Part shown: piece by piece, positions 43,644-54,921 of the stretch
Numbering within the stretch: position 1 is the stretch's first letter
Layout of the letters: each line of letters starts with the position of its first letter
From: Macrostomum lignano
Lineage: Eukaryota
Assembly (NCBI GenBank): GCA_002269645.1
Contig: NIVC01000449.1
Span: 62,001-126,000, forward strand
Direction of reading: 5' to 3'
DNA: 64,000 bases
Notes under the pieces: generated by a model
What the model saw: the letters and a program-made list of their open reading frames with translations, nothing else
Databases searched by the model: none
What the model was told of the DNA's origin: nothing
Translations under genes and position numbers: made by a program

Positions 43644-43649
43644 TTTTTT
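43644..43649 (+). terminator. Pol III oligo-T terminator
   Basis: T6 run beginning 5 nt after the tRNA 3' end. Confidence 0.75.
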
Positions 43650-44222
43650 GATAAGTTTATTTGCTAATGTAAATCAACACACAGAGCAGAAATGCAATGT
43701 AAATAGACTCTTTTGAAAAGAACCTAAACTACTGATATAATTCTAATATGTTCAATAAAGTTGGGAATTAAGGTGATGCTGACGATAGTGATAGCAACGA
43801 AACTAAAGCCAATACTAAGACAAGAGTTGTCAAGTCAAGTAATATAAGACTGAAATTATGCAGTTCAAGATTTTTAATTTTCCGTTTAATTTATTATTCT
43901 TAGTTTATAATAACCTACTTCGTCTCTACTAAAAATATCGCTTGCTTACATTAACTTCGATACATATCGGGTCGAATATTACAATGTCTGATTTCGGATT
44001 TAAGCCATCAAGGAATAGATAATTAGTAATTGAGATTAAATATTGAAATCACTAGTAGAACTCAAACTAACGAAAAGTTTTTTTGATGGTAAAGCTAAAT
44101 TAGAGCATAAAAAAGTTAAAGTACCGCCAATACATTGGAAATTTTTCTAAATTCTACAAATTTAAGCATAAAATGTTGTTTACTCTACTTACAGTAACAA
44201 AAAAAATTTCCTATAATTTTAG

Positions 44223-44762
44223 GTTGATGGCGTGGGCATCAGAATGTCGCATTTTCTCGCTTGGTTACGCCTGGAGCCGCAGTCTCTCGTCTGGCTCCCC
44301 GTGCTGCACCGGCTCACGTGCTCAGAGCATTCTGTTCACCCCATCCGCTGCTCTAGCTGCAAGTGCCTACCAATGCGAGGCCTTCGTTACAAATGCCTGA
44401 AATGCTTCAATCTGAACCTCTGCCAGGAGTGCTTCTTCGCCGGCAGAACCGCCAGGCACCACAAGGCCAGCCACCCCATGCAGGAGTACGTCAGAGCTCC
44501 CGGTAGCGGTGACAGCCTTCGCAGTCTCAGTCGAACTTTGCGCAACAAGTTTCGGTTTGGCGGCGGCGGCAGCAGCGCATCCGCTGGCAGCAGCGGCGCA
44601 TCGTCGGGCCCGGGTTCGAGTCCCGCCAAGCTGGGCTACTTACCCGTGCAGACAGTCCGAGAGGGTCAGGCCATTGAAGCTACGAGTGGCACAGCGGCGC
44701 AGACAGCTGGGCGAGATGTGCACAGCCGGGTGGAGGCCTATGCCACTCGTCTGGCGGAGGTC

Positions 44763-44794
<32 letters not shown>

Positions 44795-44833
44795 CCGGCC
44801 GCCACCGCCACCGTCGTCTGCGAGTAACGACGC
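44223..44833 (+). CDS. Dys: Dystrophin EF2 end, ZZ zinc finger and syntrophin-binding site 1 exon
   Basis: ttttag|GTT phase 0; FLAWLRLEPQSLVWLPVLHR, CSSC..CLKC..CQECFF..H..HPMQEY, KLGYLPVQTV, DVHSRVEAYATRLAEVE; donor GC|gtaagc at 44834, phase 2. Confidence 0.95.
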
Positions 44834-44869
44834 GTAAGCCGATATGTATCGAAAAATAAGTTTGTATAG

Positions 44870-45350
44870 ATGAGGGGAGAGATCGAGATGTAGGGAGAGA
44901 TGGAGAGTAGAGATGGAGGTTAGAGCTGGAGGGTAGGCGAGGGGAGAGATGCAAGAGAGAGATAAATGGGAGAGATGGAGGGGAGAGATGTAGGGGAGAG
45001 ATGTAGGGGAGAGATGCAGGGGATAGCGATGCAGGGGAGAGATGCAGGTGATAGATGCAGGGGAGAGATGCAGGGGAGAGATGGAGGAGAGATGCAGGGG
45101 AGAGATGCAGGGGAGAGATGCAGGGGAGAGATGCAGGGGAGAGATGCAGTGGAGAGATGTAGGGGAGAGATGCAGGGGAGAGATGTAGGGGAGAGATGCA
45201 GTGGAGAGATGTAGGGGAGAGATGCAGGGGAGAGATGTAGGGGAGAGATGCAGTGGAGAGATGTAGGGGAGAGATGTAGGGGAGAGATGTAGGGGAGAGA
45301 TGTAGGGGAGAGATGCAGGGGAGAGATGCAGGGGAGAGATGCAGGGGAGA
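44870..45350. repeat. 13-mer G(C/T)AGGGGAGAGAT array
   Basis: Direct reading. Confidence 0.9.
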
Positions 45351-46012
45351 AATTCAGAGGTGCAGAAAATTTCTAGCTATCAGTTTAAGTATTGTAATTT
45401 GATTTATGAAGAACTTACTCGGTTTTTAACTAACTAAATGAAGTTTTAAGTTTCTGTCGATATGTATCGAAAAAGAAGATTATAAAGCGGAAAAATCTAA
45501 ATGGGAAAAGCGAAATTTTAGTCTGATTTCCCCTGCTATTCGATTAAATAATTTAGTCGTATAATAGTGTCGAAAAAATTATTTGAGCTCCTACTAGCAA
45601 ATGCAATTTAATTCTTGCCGATATGTATCGAAAAGACACTTTTTGAACTGGCTTTTTGAATATACTGTGCGCAGAGACAAATGCTTTCTGGCGTTCCCTC
45701 ATTTTCTGATACGAACCAATCAGAAAGTTGGGCAAGAAAAACTTGCACAATGTACTTCTCATTTGACTATAAAAAAACTAATAGCGTTTTTAATACCCAG
45801 AAGACTATAGAATCAAAAATGGAGTCAGCTAAAGTTTATAACTGCTCATCATGCATCTACAATTACTATTTAGCTAATTATTGTACTTGCAAAATTAATT
45901 GTACTTGTTTTAATACATACGCTACAGTAAGCTCACAGCAAGGAAGACAACAACAACAATGTACTTGCTGTTGCTGCAGATGCAACTGCTCATATTGCAC
46001 CTGTAATTTCAG

Positions 46013-46172
46013 TGACGATGAGCACGCGTTAATTGCCGCCTACGCTGGCACCCTGCGGCAGAGGCGCAGCAGCGCCGGTGGTTGCAGCGGTTACGCCACT
46101 GCTGCGGCTGCGGCGACTGCAGCGGCGCGACAACAAATGCAACTGCTGGAGGATGAGAACAGGAGGCTGCAG
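46013..46172 (+). CDS. Dys: Dystrophin syntrophin-binding site 2 and coiled-coil H1 exon
   Basis: atttcag|T phase 2; DDEHALIAAYAGTL...LLEDENRRLQ; donor CAG|gtgaga at 46173, phase 0. Confidence 0.9.
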
Positions 46173-46289
46173 GTGAGACAGATGGGGCTTCATTCTGTGA
46201 GATGGGAGTGTATTGTATGAGAGAGATGCAGAGGAGAGATTGAAAAAGAGAATGAAGAGAGAAAACAAGGAATGGAATAGAGAGGAGAG

Positions 46290-49200
46290 ATGCAGTGGAG
46301 AGATGCAGTGGAGAGATGCAGTGGAGAGATGGAGGGGAGAGGTGGAGGGGAGAGGTGGAGGGGAGAGATTGAGGGGAGAGATGGAGGGGAGAGGTGGAGG
46401 GGAGAGGTGGAGGGGAGAGATTGAGGGGAGAGATTGAGGAGAGAGATGGAGGGGAGAGATGGAGGGGAGAGGTGGAGGGGAGAGATTGAGGGGAGAGATT
46501 GAGGGGAGAGATGGAGGGGAGAGATGGAGGGGAGAGATGGAGGGGAGAGGTGGAGGGGAGAGATTGAGGGGAGAGATGGAGGGGAGAGATGGAGGGGAGA
46601 GATGGAGGGGAGAGATGGAGGGGAGAGATGGAGGGGAGAGATTGAGGAGAGAGATGGAGGGGAGAGATGGAGGGGAGAGGTGGAGGGGAGAGATTGAGGG
46701 GAGAGATTGAGGGGAGAGATGGAGGGGAGAGATGGAGGGGAGAGATGGAGGGGAGAGGTGGAGGGGAGAGATTGAGGGGAGAGATGGAGGGGAGAGATGG
46801 AGGGGAGAGATGGAGGGGAGAGATGGAGGGGAGAGATGGAGGGGAGAGATGCAGTGGAGAGATTGAAAAAGAGAATGAAGAGAGAAAACAAGGAATGGAA
46901 TAGAGAGGAGAGATGCAGTGGAGAGATGCAGTGGAGAGATGCAGTGGAGAGATGGAGGGGAGAGGTGGAGGGGAGAGGTGGAGGGGAGAGATTGAGGGGA
47001 GAGATGGAGGGGAGAGGTGGAGGGGAGAGGTGGAGGGGAGAGATTGAGGGGAGAGATTGAGGAGAGAGATGGAGGGGAGAGATGGAGGGGAGAGGTGGAG
47101 GGGAGAGATTGAGGGGAGAGATTGAGGGGAGAGATGGAGGGGAGAGATGGAGGGGAGAGATGGAGGGGAGAGGTGGAGGGGAAAGATTGAGGGGAGAGAT
47201 GGAGGGGAGAGATGGAGGGGAGAGATGGAGGGGAGAGATGGAGGGGAGAGATGGAGGGGAGAGATGCAGTGGAGAGATGGAGGGGAGAGGTGGAGGGGAG
47301 AGGTGGAGGGGAGAGATTGAGGGGAGAGATTGAGGGGAGAGATGGAGGGGAGAGATGGAGGGGAGAGATGGAGGGGAGAGATGGAGGGGAGAGATGGAGG
47401 GGAAAAGATGGAGGGGAGAGATGCAGTTGAGAGATGGAGGGGAGAGGTGGAGGGGAGAGATTGAGGGGAGAGATGGAGGGGAGAGGTGGAGGGGAGAGGT
47501 GGAGGGGAGAGATTGAGGGGAGAGATGGAGGGGAGAGGTGGAGGGGAGAGGTGGAGGGGAGAGATTGAGGGGAGAGATTGAGGAGAGAGATGGAGGGGAG
47601 AGATGGAGGGGAGAGGTGGAGGGGAGAGATGGAGGGGAGAGATTGAGGGGAGAGATGGAGGGGAGAGATGGAGGGGAGAGATGGAGGGGAGAGATGGAAG
47701 GGAGAGATGCAGGGGAGAGATGGAAGGGAGAGATGGAGGGGAGAGATGGAGGGGAGAGATGAAGGGGAGAGATGGAGGGGAGAGATGGAGGGGAGAGATG
47801 CAGTGGAGAGATGGAGGGGAGAGGTGGAGGGGAGAGGTGGAGGGGAGAGATTGAGGGGAGAGATGGAGGGGAGAGATGGAGGGGAGAGGTGGAGGGGAGA
47901 GATTGAGGGGAGAGATTGAGGGGAGAGATGGAGGGGAGAGATGGAGGGGAGAGGTGGAGGGGAGAGGTGAAGGGGAGAGATGCAGTGGAGAGATGCAGTG
48001 GAGAGATGGAGGGGAGAGGTGGAGGGGAGAGGTGGAGGGGAGAGATTGAGGGGAGAGATTGAGGAGAGAGATGGAGGGGAGAGATGGAGGGGAGAGGTGG
48101 AGGGGAGAGATGGAGGGGAGAGATTGAGGGGAGAGATGGAGGGGAGAGATGGAGGGGAGAGATGGAGGGGAGAGGTGGAGGGGAGAGATTGAGGGGAGAG
48201 ATGGAGGGGAGAGATGGAGGGGAGAGATGGAGGGGAGAGATGGAGGGGAGAGGTGGAGGGGAGAGATGGAGGGGAGAGATGGAGGGGAGAGATGGAGGGG
48301 AGAGATGCAGTGGAGAGATGGAGGGGAGAGGTGGAGGGGAGAGGTGGAGGGGAGAGATTGAGGGGAGAGATGGAGGGGAGAGATGGAGGGGAGAGATGGA
48401 GGGGAGAGGTGGAGGGGAGAGATTGAGGGGAGAGATTGAGGGGAGAGATGGAGGGGAGAGATGGAGGGCAGAGGTGGAGGGGAGAGGTGGAGGGGAGAGA
48501 TGCAGTGGAGAGATGCAGTGGAGAGATGGAGGGGAGAGGTGGAGGGGAGAGGTGGAGGGGAGAGATGGAGGGGAGAGATGGAGGGGAGAGATGGAGGGGA
48601 GAGGTGGAGGGGAGAGATTGAGGGGAGAGATGGAGGGGAGAGATGGAGGGGAGAGATGGAGGGGAGAGATGGAGGGGAGAGATGGAGGGGAGAGATGGAG
48701 GGGAGAGATGCAGTGGAGAGATGGAGGGGAGAGGTGGAGGGGAGAGGTTGGATTGGAGAGATTGAGGGGAGAGATGGAGGGGAGAGATGGAGGGGAGAGG
48801 TGGAGGGGAGAGATTGAGGGGAGAGATTGAGGGGAGAGATGGAGGGGAGAGATGGAGGGGAGAGGTGGAGGGGAGAGGTGGAGGGGAGAGATGGAGGGGA
48901 GAAATGGAGGGGAGAGGTGGAGGGGAGAGATGGAGGGGAGAGATGGAGGGGAGAGGTGGAGGGGAGAGATTGAGGGGAGAGATGGAGGGGAGAGATGGAG
49001 AGGAGAGATGGAGGGGAGAGGTGGAGGGGAGAGATGGAGGGGAGAGGTGGAGGGGAGAGATGGAGGGGAGAGATGAAGGGGAGAGGTGGAGGGGAGAGAT
49101 GGAGGGGAGAGGTGGAGGGGAGAGATTGAGGGGAAAGATTGAGGGGAGAGATGGAGGGGAGAGATGAAGGGGAGAGGTGGAGGGGAGAGGTGGAGGGGAA

Positions 49201-50560
49201 AGATGGAAGGGAGAGATGCAGGGGAGAGATGGAAGGGAGAGATGCAGGGGAGAGATGGAAGGGAGAGATGCAGGGGAGAGATGGAAGGGAGAGATGGAGG
49301 GGAGAGATGGAAGGGAGAGATGGAGGGGAGAGATGGAAGGGAGAGATGCAGGGGAGAGATGGAAGGGAGAGATGGAGGGGAGAGATGGAAGGGAGAGATG
49401 GAGGGGAGAGATGGAGGGGAGAGATGGAAGGGAGAGATGCAGGGGAGAGATGGAAGGGAGAGATGGAGGGGAGAGATGGAAGGGAGAGATGGAGGGGAGA
49501 GATGCAGGGGAGAGATGGAAGGGAGAGATGGAGTGGAGAGATGGAAGGGAGAGATGGAGGGGAGAGATGGGAGGGAGAGATGGAGGGGAGAGATGCAGGG
49601 GAGAGATGGAAGGGAGAGATGGAAGGGAGAGATGGAGTGGAGAGATGGAGTGGAGAGATGGAGGGGAGAGGTGGAGGGGAGAGATGCAGGGGAGAGATGG
49701 AAGGGAGAGATGGAGTGGAGAGATGGAAGGGAGAGATGGAAGGGAGAGATGGAGGGGAGAGATGGAAGGGAGAGATGCAGGGGAGAGATGGAAGGGAGAG
49801 ATGGAGGGGAGAGATGGAAGGGAGAGATGGAGGGAGAGATGGAGGGGAGAGATGGAAGGGAGAGATGCAGGGGAGAGATGGAAGGGAGAGATGGAGGGGA
49901 GAGATGGAAGGGAGAGATGGAGGGGAGAGATGCAGGGGAGAGATGGAAGGGAGAGATGGAGTGGAGAGATGGAAGGGATAGATGGAGGGGAGAGATGGGA
50001 GGGAGAGATGGAGGGGAGAGATGCAGGGGAGAGATTGAAGGGAGAGATGGAAGGGAGAGATGGAGTGGAGAGATGGAGTGGAGAGATGGAGGGGAGAGGT
50101 GGAGGGGAGAGATGCAGGGGAGAGATGGAAGGGAGAGATGGAGTGGAGAGATGGAAGGGAGAGATGGAGGGGAGAGATGGAAGGGAGAGATGGAGGGGAG
50201 AGATGGAAGGGAGAGATGCAGGGGAGAGATGGAAGGGAGAGATGGAGGGGAGAGATGGAGGGGAGAGATGCAGGGGAGAGATTGAAGGGAGAGATGGAAG
50301 GGAGAGATGGAGTGGAGAGATGGAAGGGATAGATGGAGGGGAGAGATGGGAGGGAGAGATGGAGGGGAGAGATGCAGGGGAGAGATTGAAGGGAGAGATG
50401 GAAGGGAGAGATGGAGTGGAGAGATGGAGTGGAGAGATGGAGTGGAGAGATGGAGGGGAGAGGTGGAGGGGAGAGATGCAGGGGAGAGATGGAAGGGAGA
50501 GATGGAGTGGAGAGATGGAAGGGAGAGATGGAAGGGAGAGATGGAAGGGAGAGATGCAGG
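46290..50560. repeat. 13-mer GGAGGGGAGAGAT array, ~4.3 kb, with an internal ~620-bp higher-order duplication
   Basis: Direct reading; unique spacer GATTGAAAAAGAGAATGAAGAG at ~46238 and ~46861. Confidence 0.97.
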
Positions 50561-50989
50561 GGAGTTCAATTTTTGTGTGCAATGCGCTATGAAAGCCTTG
50601 TTTTGAGCAGAAAAGCAGACAGTAAAAGCAATACATTTGGAGTAAAGCTTTATTGATGGAAATCTATTGATAACTTCCGACACTTCGCTAGGATTTTCAG
50701 TGGCTGGAAAGCAATCACTATGCAGTGCACACTGTATTTGAGAAGCTGATAGCATATAGATATTATAAATTTGATAAGCCATCCTTGGTTCTCTGAGCTG
50801 TCATCTCCCAGATTGCAGAGATGGGGATTTGTAGGCAAAATTGCTAGGGATTATTTGTGAAGTAATTTCGATTAGCTGGGGACATTTGATTGATGGCTGT
50901 GCAGCTCTGCGTCACTCATTCATCAGCTGAAGATAAAAAATTTGATTGTTATTATTTAGTTTTTTTCCCGTATGAGCGCTTAATCCACC

Positions 50990-51790
50990 AAATCTACATA
51001 ATAATCTACCTAATCTCCATAATAATCTACCTAATCTACATAATAACCTACCTAATCTACATAATAATCTACCTAATCTACACAATAACTTACCTAATCT
51101 CCATAATTGTCTAACTAGTCTTCATATTTATCTACCTAATCTCCATAATAATCTACCTAATCTACATAATAATCTACCTAATCTCCATAATAATCTACCT
51201 AATCTACATAATAACCTACCTAATCTACATAATAATCTACCTAATCTACACAATAACTTACCTAATCTCCATACTTGTCTACCTAGTCTTCATATTTATC
51301 TACCTAATCTCCATAATAATCTACCTAATCTCCATAATAATCTACCTAATCTACATAATAATTTACCTAATCTACATAATAATCTACCTAATCTACATAA
51401 TAATCTACCTAATATACAAAATAATCTACCTAATTTACATAATAATTTACCGAATCTACATAATAATCTACCTAATCTTACATCATAATCTACCTAATCT
51501 TACATAATAATCTACCTAATCTCCATAATAATCTCCCTAATCTACATAATAATCTACCTAATCTACATAATAATCTACCTAATATACAAAATAATCTACC
51601 TAATCTACATAACAATTTACCGAATCTACATAATAATCTACCTAATCTTACATCATAATCTACCTAATCTTACATAATAATCTACCTAATCTCCATAATA
51701 ATCTCCCTAATCTACATAATAATCTACCTAATCTTACATAATAATCTACCTAATCTTACATAATAATCTACCTAATCTCCATAATAATCT
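50990..51790. repeat. 21-mer ATCTACCTAATCTACATAATA array
   Basis: Direct reading. Confidence 0.93.
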
Positions 51791-51960
51791 AATTAAATCT
51801 TCATGATAACTTATCTAATCTCCGTAATAATCTCTCATCTCGTGTTCCTCGCTCTCATATCCTACTCTAATCTTTCTTAACTTTGCATCTCCTTCTCTGC
51901 CCCAGTCACTAAGCGCACATCACAAACCGACCGACTCACCTGCCCCGCACACACACGCAG

Positions 51961-52794
51961 GCTGAGTACGAGCAGCTCAAGAACTCAACTACAAGCTCTT
52001 CTGCTTGCATCGTCTCGCGAGCGCCACCGCCTCCTCCGCCCCAGCTGCCGCCGGTTTCCCCAGCACCGTTGGCGTCGGCAGGGGACGGCGGAGCGGCGGA
52101 AGCTCGGATGCTGCGTGCGCACAAAGGCCGCCTGGAGGCACGGATGTCGCTGCTGGAGGAGCACAACCGGCAGCTGGAGAGCCAGCTGGCTCGACTGCGT
52201 CGCATGCTGTCGGCAAGTCCGGGACAGTCGCAGCAGCAGCAGCAGCAGCAGCAGCACCGACCGCCGTCTATCCCGATGCTGTCGCCGCCACCGGCTGCTC
52301 CACGGATGCCCTACCAGCAGCACCAAAGTCAGCACCTTCGAGCTGGGAGCTTCGGGTGCGTCTCCGACTCTGCCGAGGTGCTGCACCAGCACCACCATCA
52401 GCAGCAGCAGGTGCAGCAGCAGCATCAGCAGCCGCTGTCAACTACCCGAAGTGGCGCGGTTCACCTGCGTCACCACTCCGGCCACTGCATCGGCGGCAGC
52501 GTTGGCAGCGTCGGCGGCAGCTTCCACATGATGTCGTCCTCGGGCAGTCTGGGACGCCACTCGGTGGACTCGTGCCCGACATCCGTGTGTGGCATCGGTG
52601 GAAGCATCGGGGGTGGCAGCCGGTCTTCAATCGGATCCCTGTTTGCCATGGCGGGTCAGGTCAGCAATGCTATGGGCCAACTGGTGGACGTCATGAACTC
52701 GGAGGAATCTGCGGCTAATGATGCAGCTGCGAGTTCTGTTGCCGTGGCGACATCTGCTGGGGAAGCTGCGGATGGCAAAGCGACTGTCCAGTGA
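51961..52794 (+). CDS. Dys: Dystrophin terminal exon (coiled-coil H2 and C-terminus)
   Basis: cacgcag|GCT phase 0; AEYEQLK...[38 protein letters not shown]...[25 protein letters not shown]; TGA at 52792-52794. Confidence 0.93.
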   Translation, partial: AEYEQLKNSTTSSSACIVSRAPPPPPPQLPPVSPAPLASAGDGGAAEARMLRAHKGRLEARMSLLEEHNRQLESQLARLRRMLSASPGQSQQQQQQQQHRPPSIPMLSPPPAAPRMPYQQHQSQHLRAGSFGCVSDSAEVLHQHHHQQQQVQQQHQQPLSTTRSGAVHLRHHSGHCIGGSVGSVGGSFHMMSSSGSLGRHSVDSCPTSVCGIGGSIGGGSRSSIGSLFAMAGQVSNAMGQLVDVMNSEESAANDAAASSVAVATSAGEAADGKATVQ

Positions 52795-54921
52795 CGTCAC
52801 TTCGATGTAGCTGCATAATGTGTTTACAAGATTCAGTTTCTTCTAGAGGACTATGCCTCTCTCAGCTTGTGAGCTCTTAAAACGAAGTCCAAATACTTCA
52901 TCTGTGATTAGAAGTTACATAAACGCACTAGAAAAAAAGAGTTAATGTTCGCTGGAGTGCTGTGGGCATATTCCGGTTGGCCATCATAAGTTTGAATGGC
53001 ACACAAGCCCCAAAACAAACCAGAGTCGTTTGGCGTTTTGGCACGTGCTTGAGCGTACATGTAGGCTGTCCGCATATTTCCAAATATATTGTCGATTTAG
53101 TGCATTTTCCCGTGAAAACCGACCTCAATTTACAATTAGTATAGCGTCCTTGTAGTTTAGCTATCTATGATAATTATCCATGGATCGTAAACATAAATAT
53201 TGCAATGCACTATTTATCCTACTGAGTGATAGTAGAACAGCTAAAGATGGTTTTGACAATCCTCACCAATAATTTTATCATTCTTCAACAGAAAAGAAAT
53301 GCGGAAACTCTGACATTTTAAACAAAGCAGTATTTTTTTCATCTGTACTTTTCTGTTTGGATCTGCTCCGCGCTTTTTAGTCCTGCGCTTTGCTATAGGC
53401 TGACAGTTTATTTTGAAACAACAAGAGTGCAGTATGATACAAACAATATAATTTGATTTATGCATTATTAATTAAATTGAAGTTAAAAGATGATAAAAAT
53501 TACAAGAAAAAAATTTGGGTTCTGTGTTTTAATATTTTTTTTCCATACTATTGGAATACTAAATCCTAAAATGATTTACAAGCTTAAATAAGATGCTGTT
53601 TTGTCGATGTTTGCGATCTGAAAAAATTCAAAGGCTTTTCCCTGGATTTTCCCTGGATTTTCCATGGATTTTCTTTATCGTATATTCCCTTAATCTCGAT
53701 GCTTCCGAAGTGCTAACGGGTGATAAGGATGCAGCAGTGCGGTGAACTGTTGTGATCATTGGTGATAGACTTAAGCCACCGTGCTGCTGGAACGCCCGCA
53801 CATCTCCATCAAGTGAATTTAATCTGAGGCAAATCTGCAAAGCAAGACTGGAATTTCAAGGACATTTAAGGCACCCTTGCAGAGCATCAGAGCTGGCACT
53901 GAGAGCGAGTGGCAGGTCGCATCATTCTATATTTTGAAACCGAAGCAGTGCATTTGGTTTATGGCACAGAGCAGGCATCGAATATGGACGGCAATATTGA
54001 AATGGCCGCAGTTTTGAGTTCATCAGCAGCGTGCGGAGCTCTTGGATCGGACAGAAAAATGAATGGCGACTGGGGCCGCGACCTGCCTGTCCGGTCAGTC
54101 AATGTTCATGAGGGAGCTGTCAGGCTGGCAGTCGCTGCATGGCACATGAATACATGATGAAATAAATTTGCAGACTGATTGAGCTGATTTTGAGAGCAAG
54201 TGTTTCAATAATCCAGGAGCATTTACACACAATAAGCCATAGCCACATTCAAAATATTTATAAGAAACATGTGCAGTAAAATTTTTCCAACAGCTTGCGC
54301 AAAAGCCAGAGAAGCTTATAAAATTACGAATTAAACTTAAGCTGCTGCATCAAGTCTCTCCAGCTTCTCCCTGACCCAGCCGACCTTTTCTCAAGAATTT
54401 TCCAGGTTCATGCAGATATCTGCTATCTGAAAATTTGGCTTGAATATTTCATTAAAAAGCATTGGCAATTGGTATTGAAGTCCGCAGGACAAAATCGCAG
54501 AGAAAAGCCCGCATCAAAGCAGACACGCAGTTTGAACGGAAAAAGCAATTCAGCATGCAGTGTGAATTGAATTGCAGCACAAATGTACAAAACTGCAGTT
54601 CATAGCAGGAGGGCTGCTCGCACTCGATGGCTCTCGATGTGCTCATTTACCGAAAAGCAACTAACTGAAAACAAGGGAGGAAGGGAGGAAGGAAACAAGG
54701 GGCAATCCGCGGGCATTGATCCAACAGCATGCACAGACAATAATCTAAGAAATTAAACGATAATTATTTAGAATACATTTTGCAAAGCCAACGGACTTAA
54801 TCGAATTCAAGAGAAAAAATAGAGAAACCCAATGGTAAAAGTTCACAGTTATTGGGGTGCAAACTTGAAAATCTGAGCGTCTGCATCAAAGTGTGTCTGC
54901 TTTGAACACCGCACCGGGCAG

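Noticed and set aside
46029-50782. 1530-aa ORFs and other long ORFs (17261-18631, 24147-25340, 25465-26961, 28355-29311, 33887-35228, 35992-37071)
   Set aside because: Translations of stop-free tandem repeats, open in several frames or strands, lying inside dystrophin introns.
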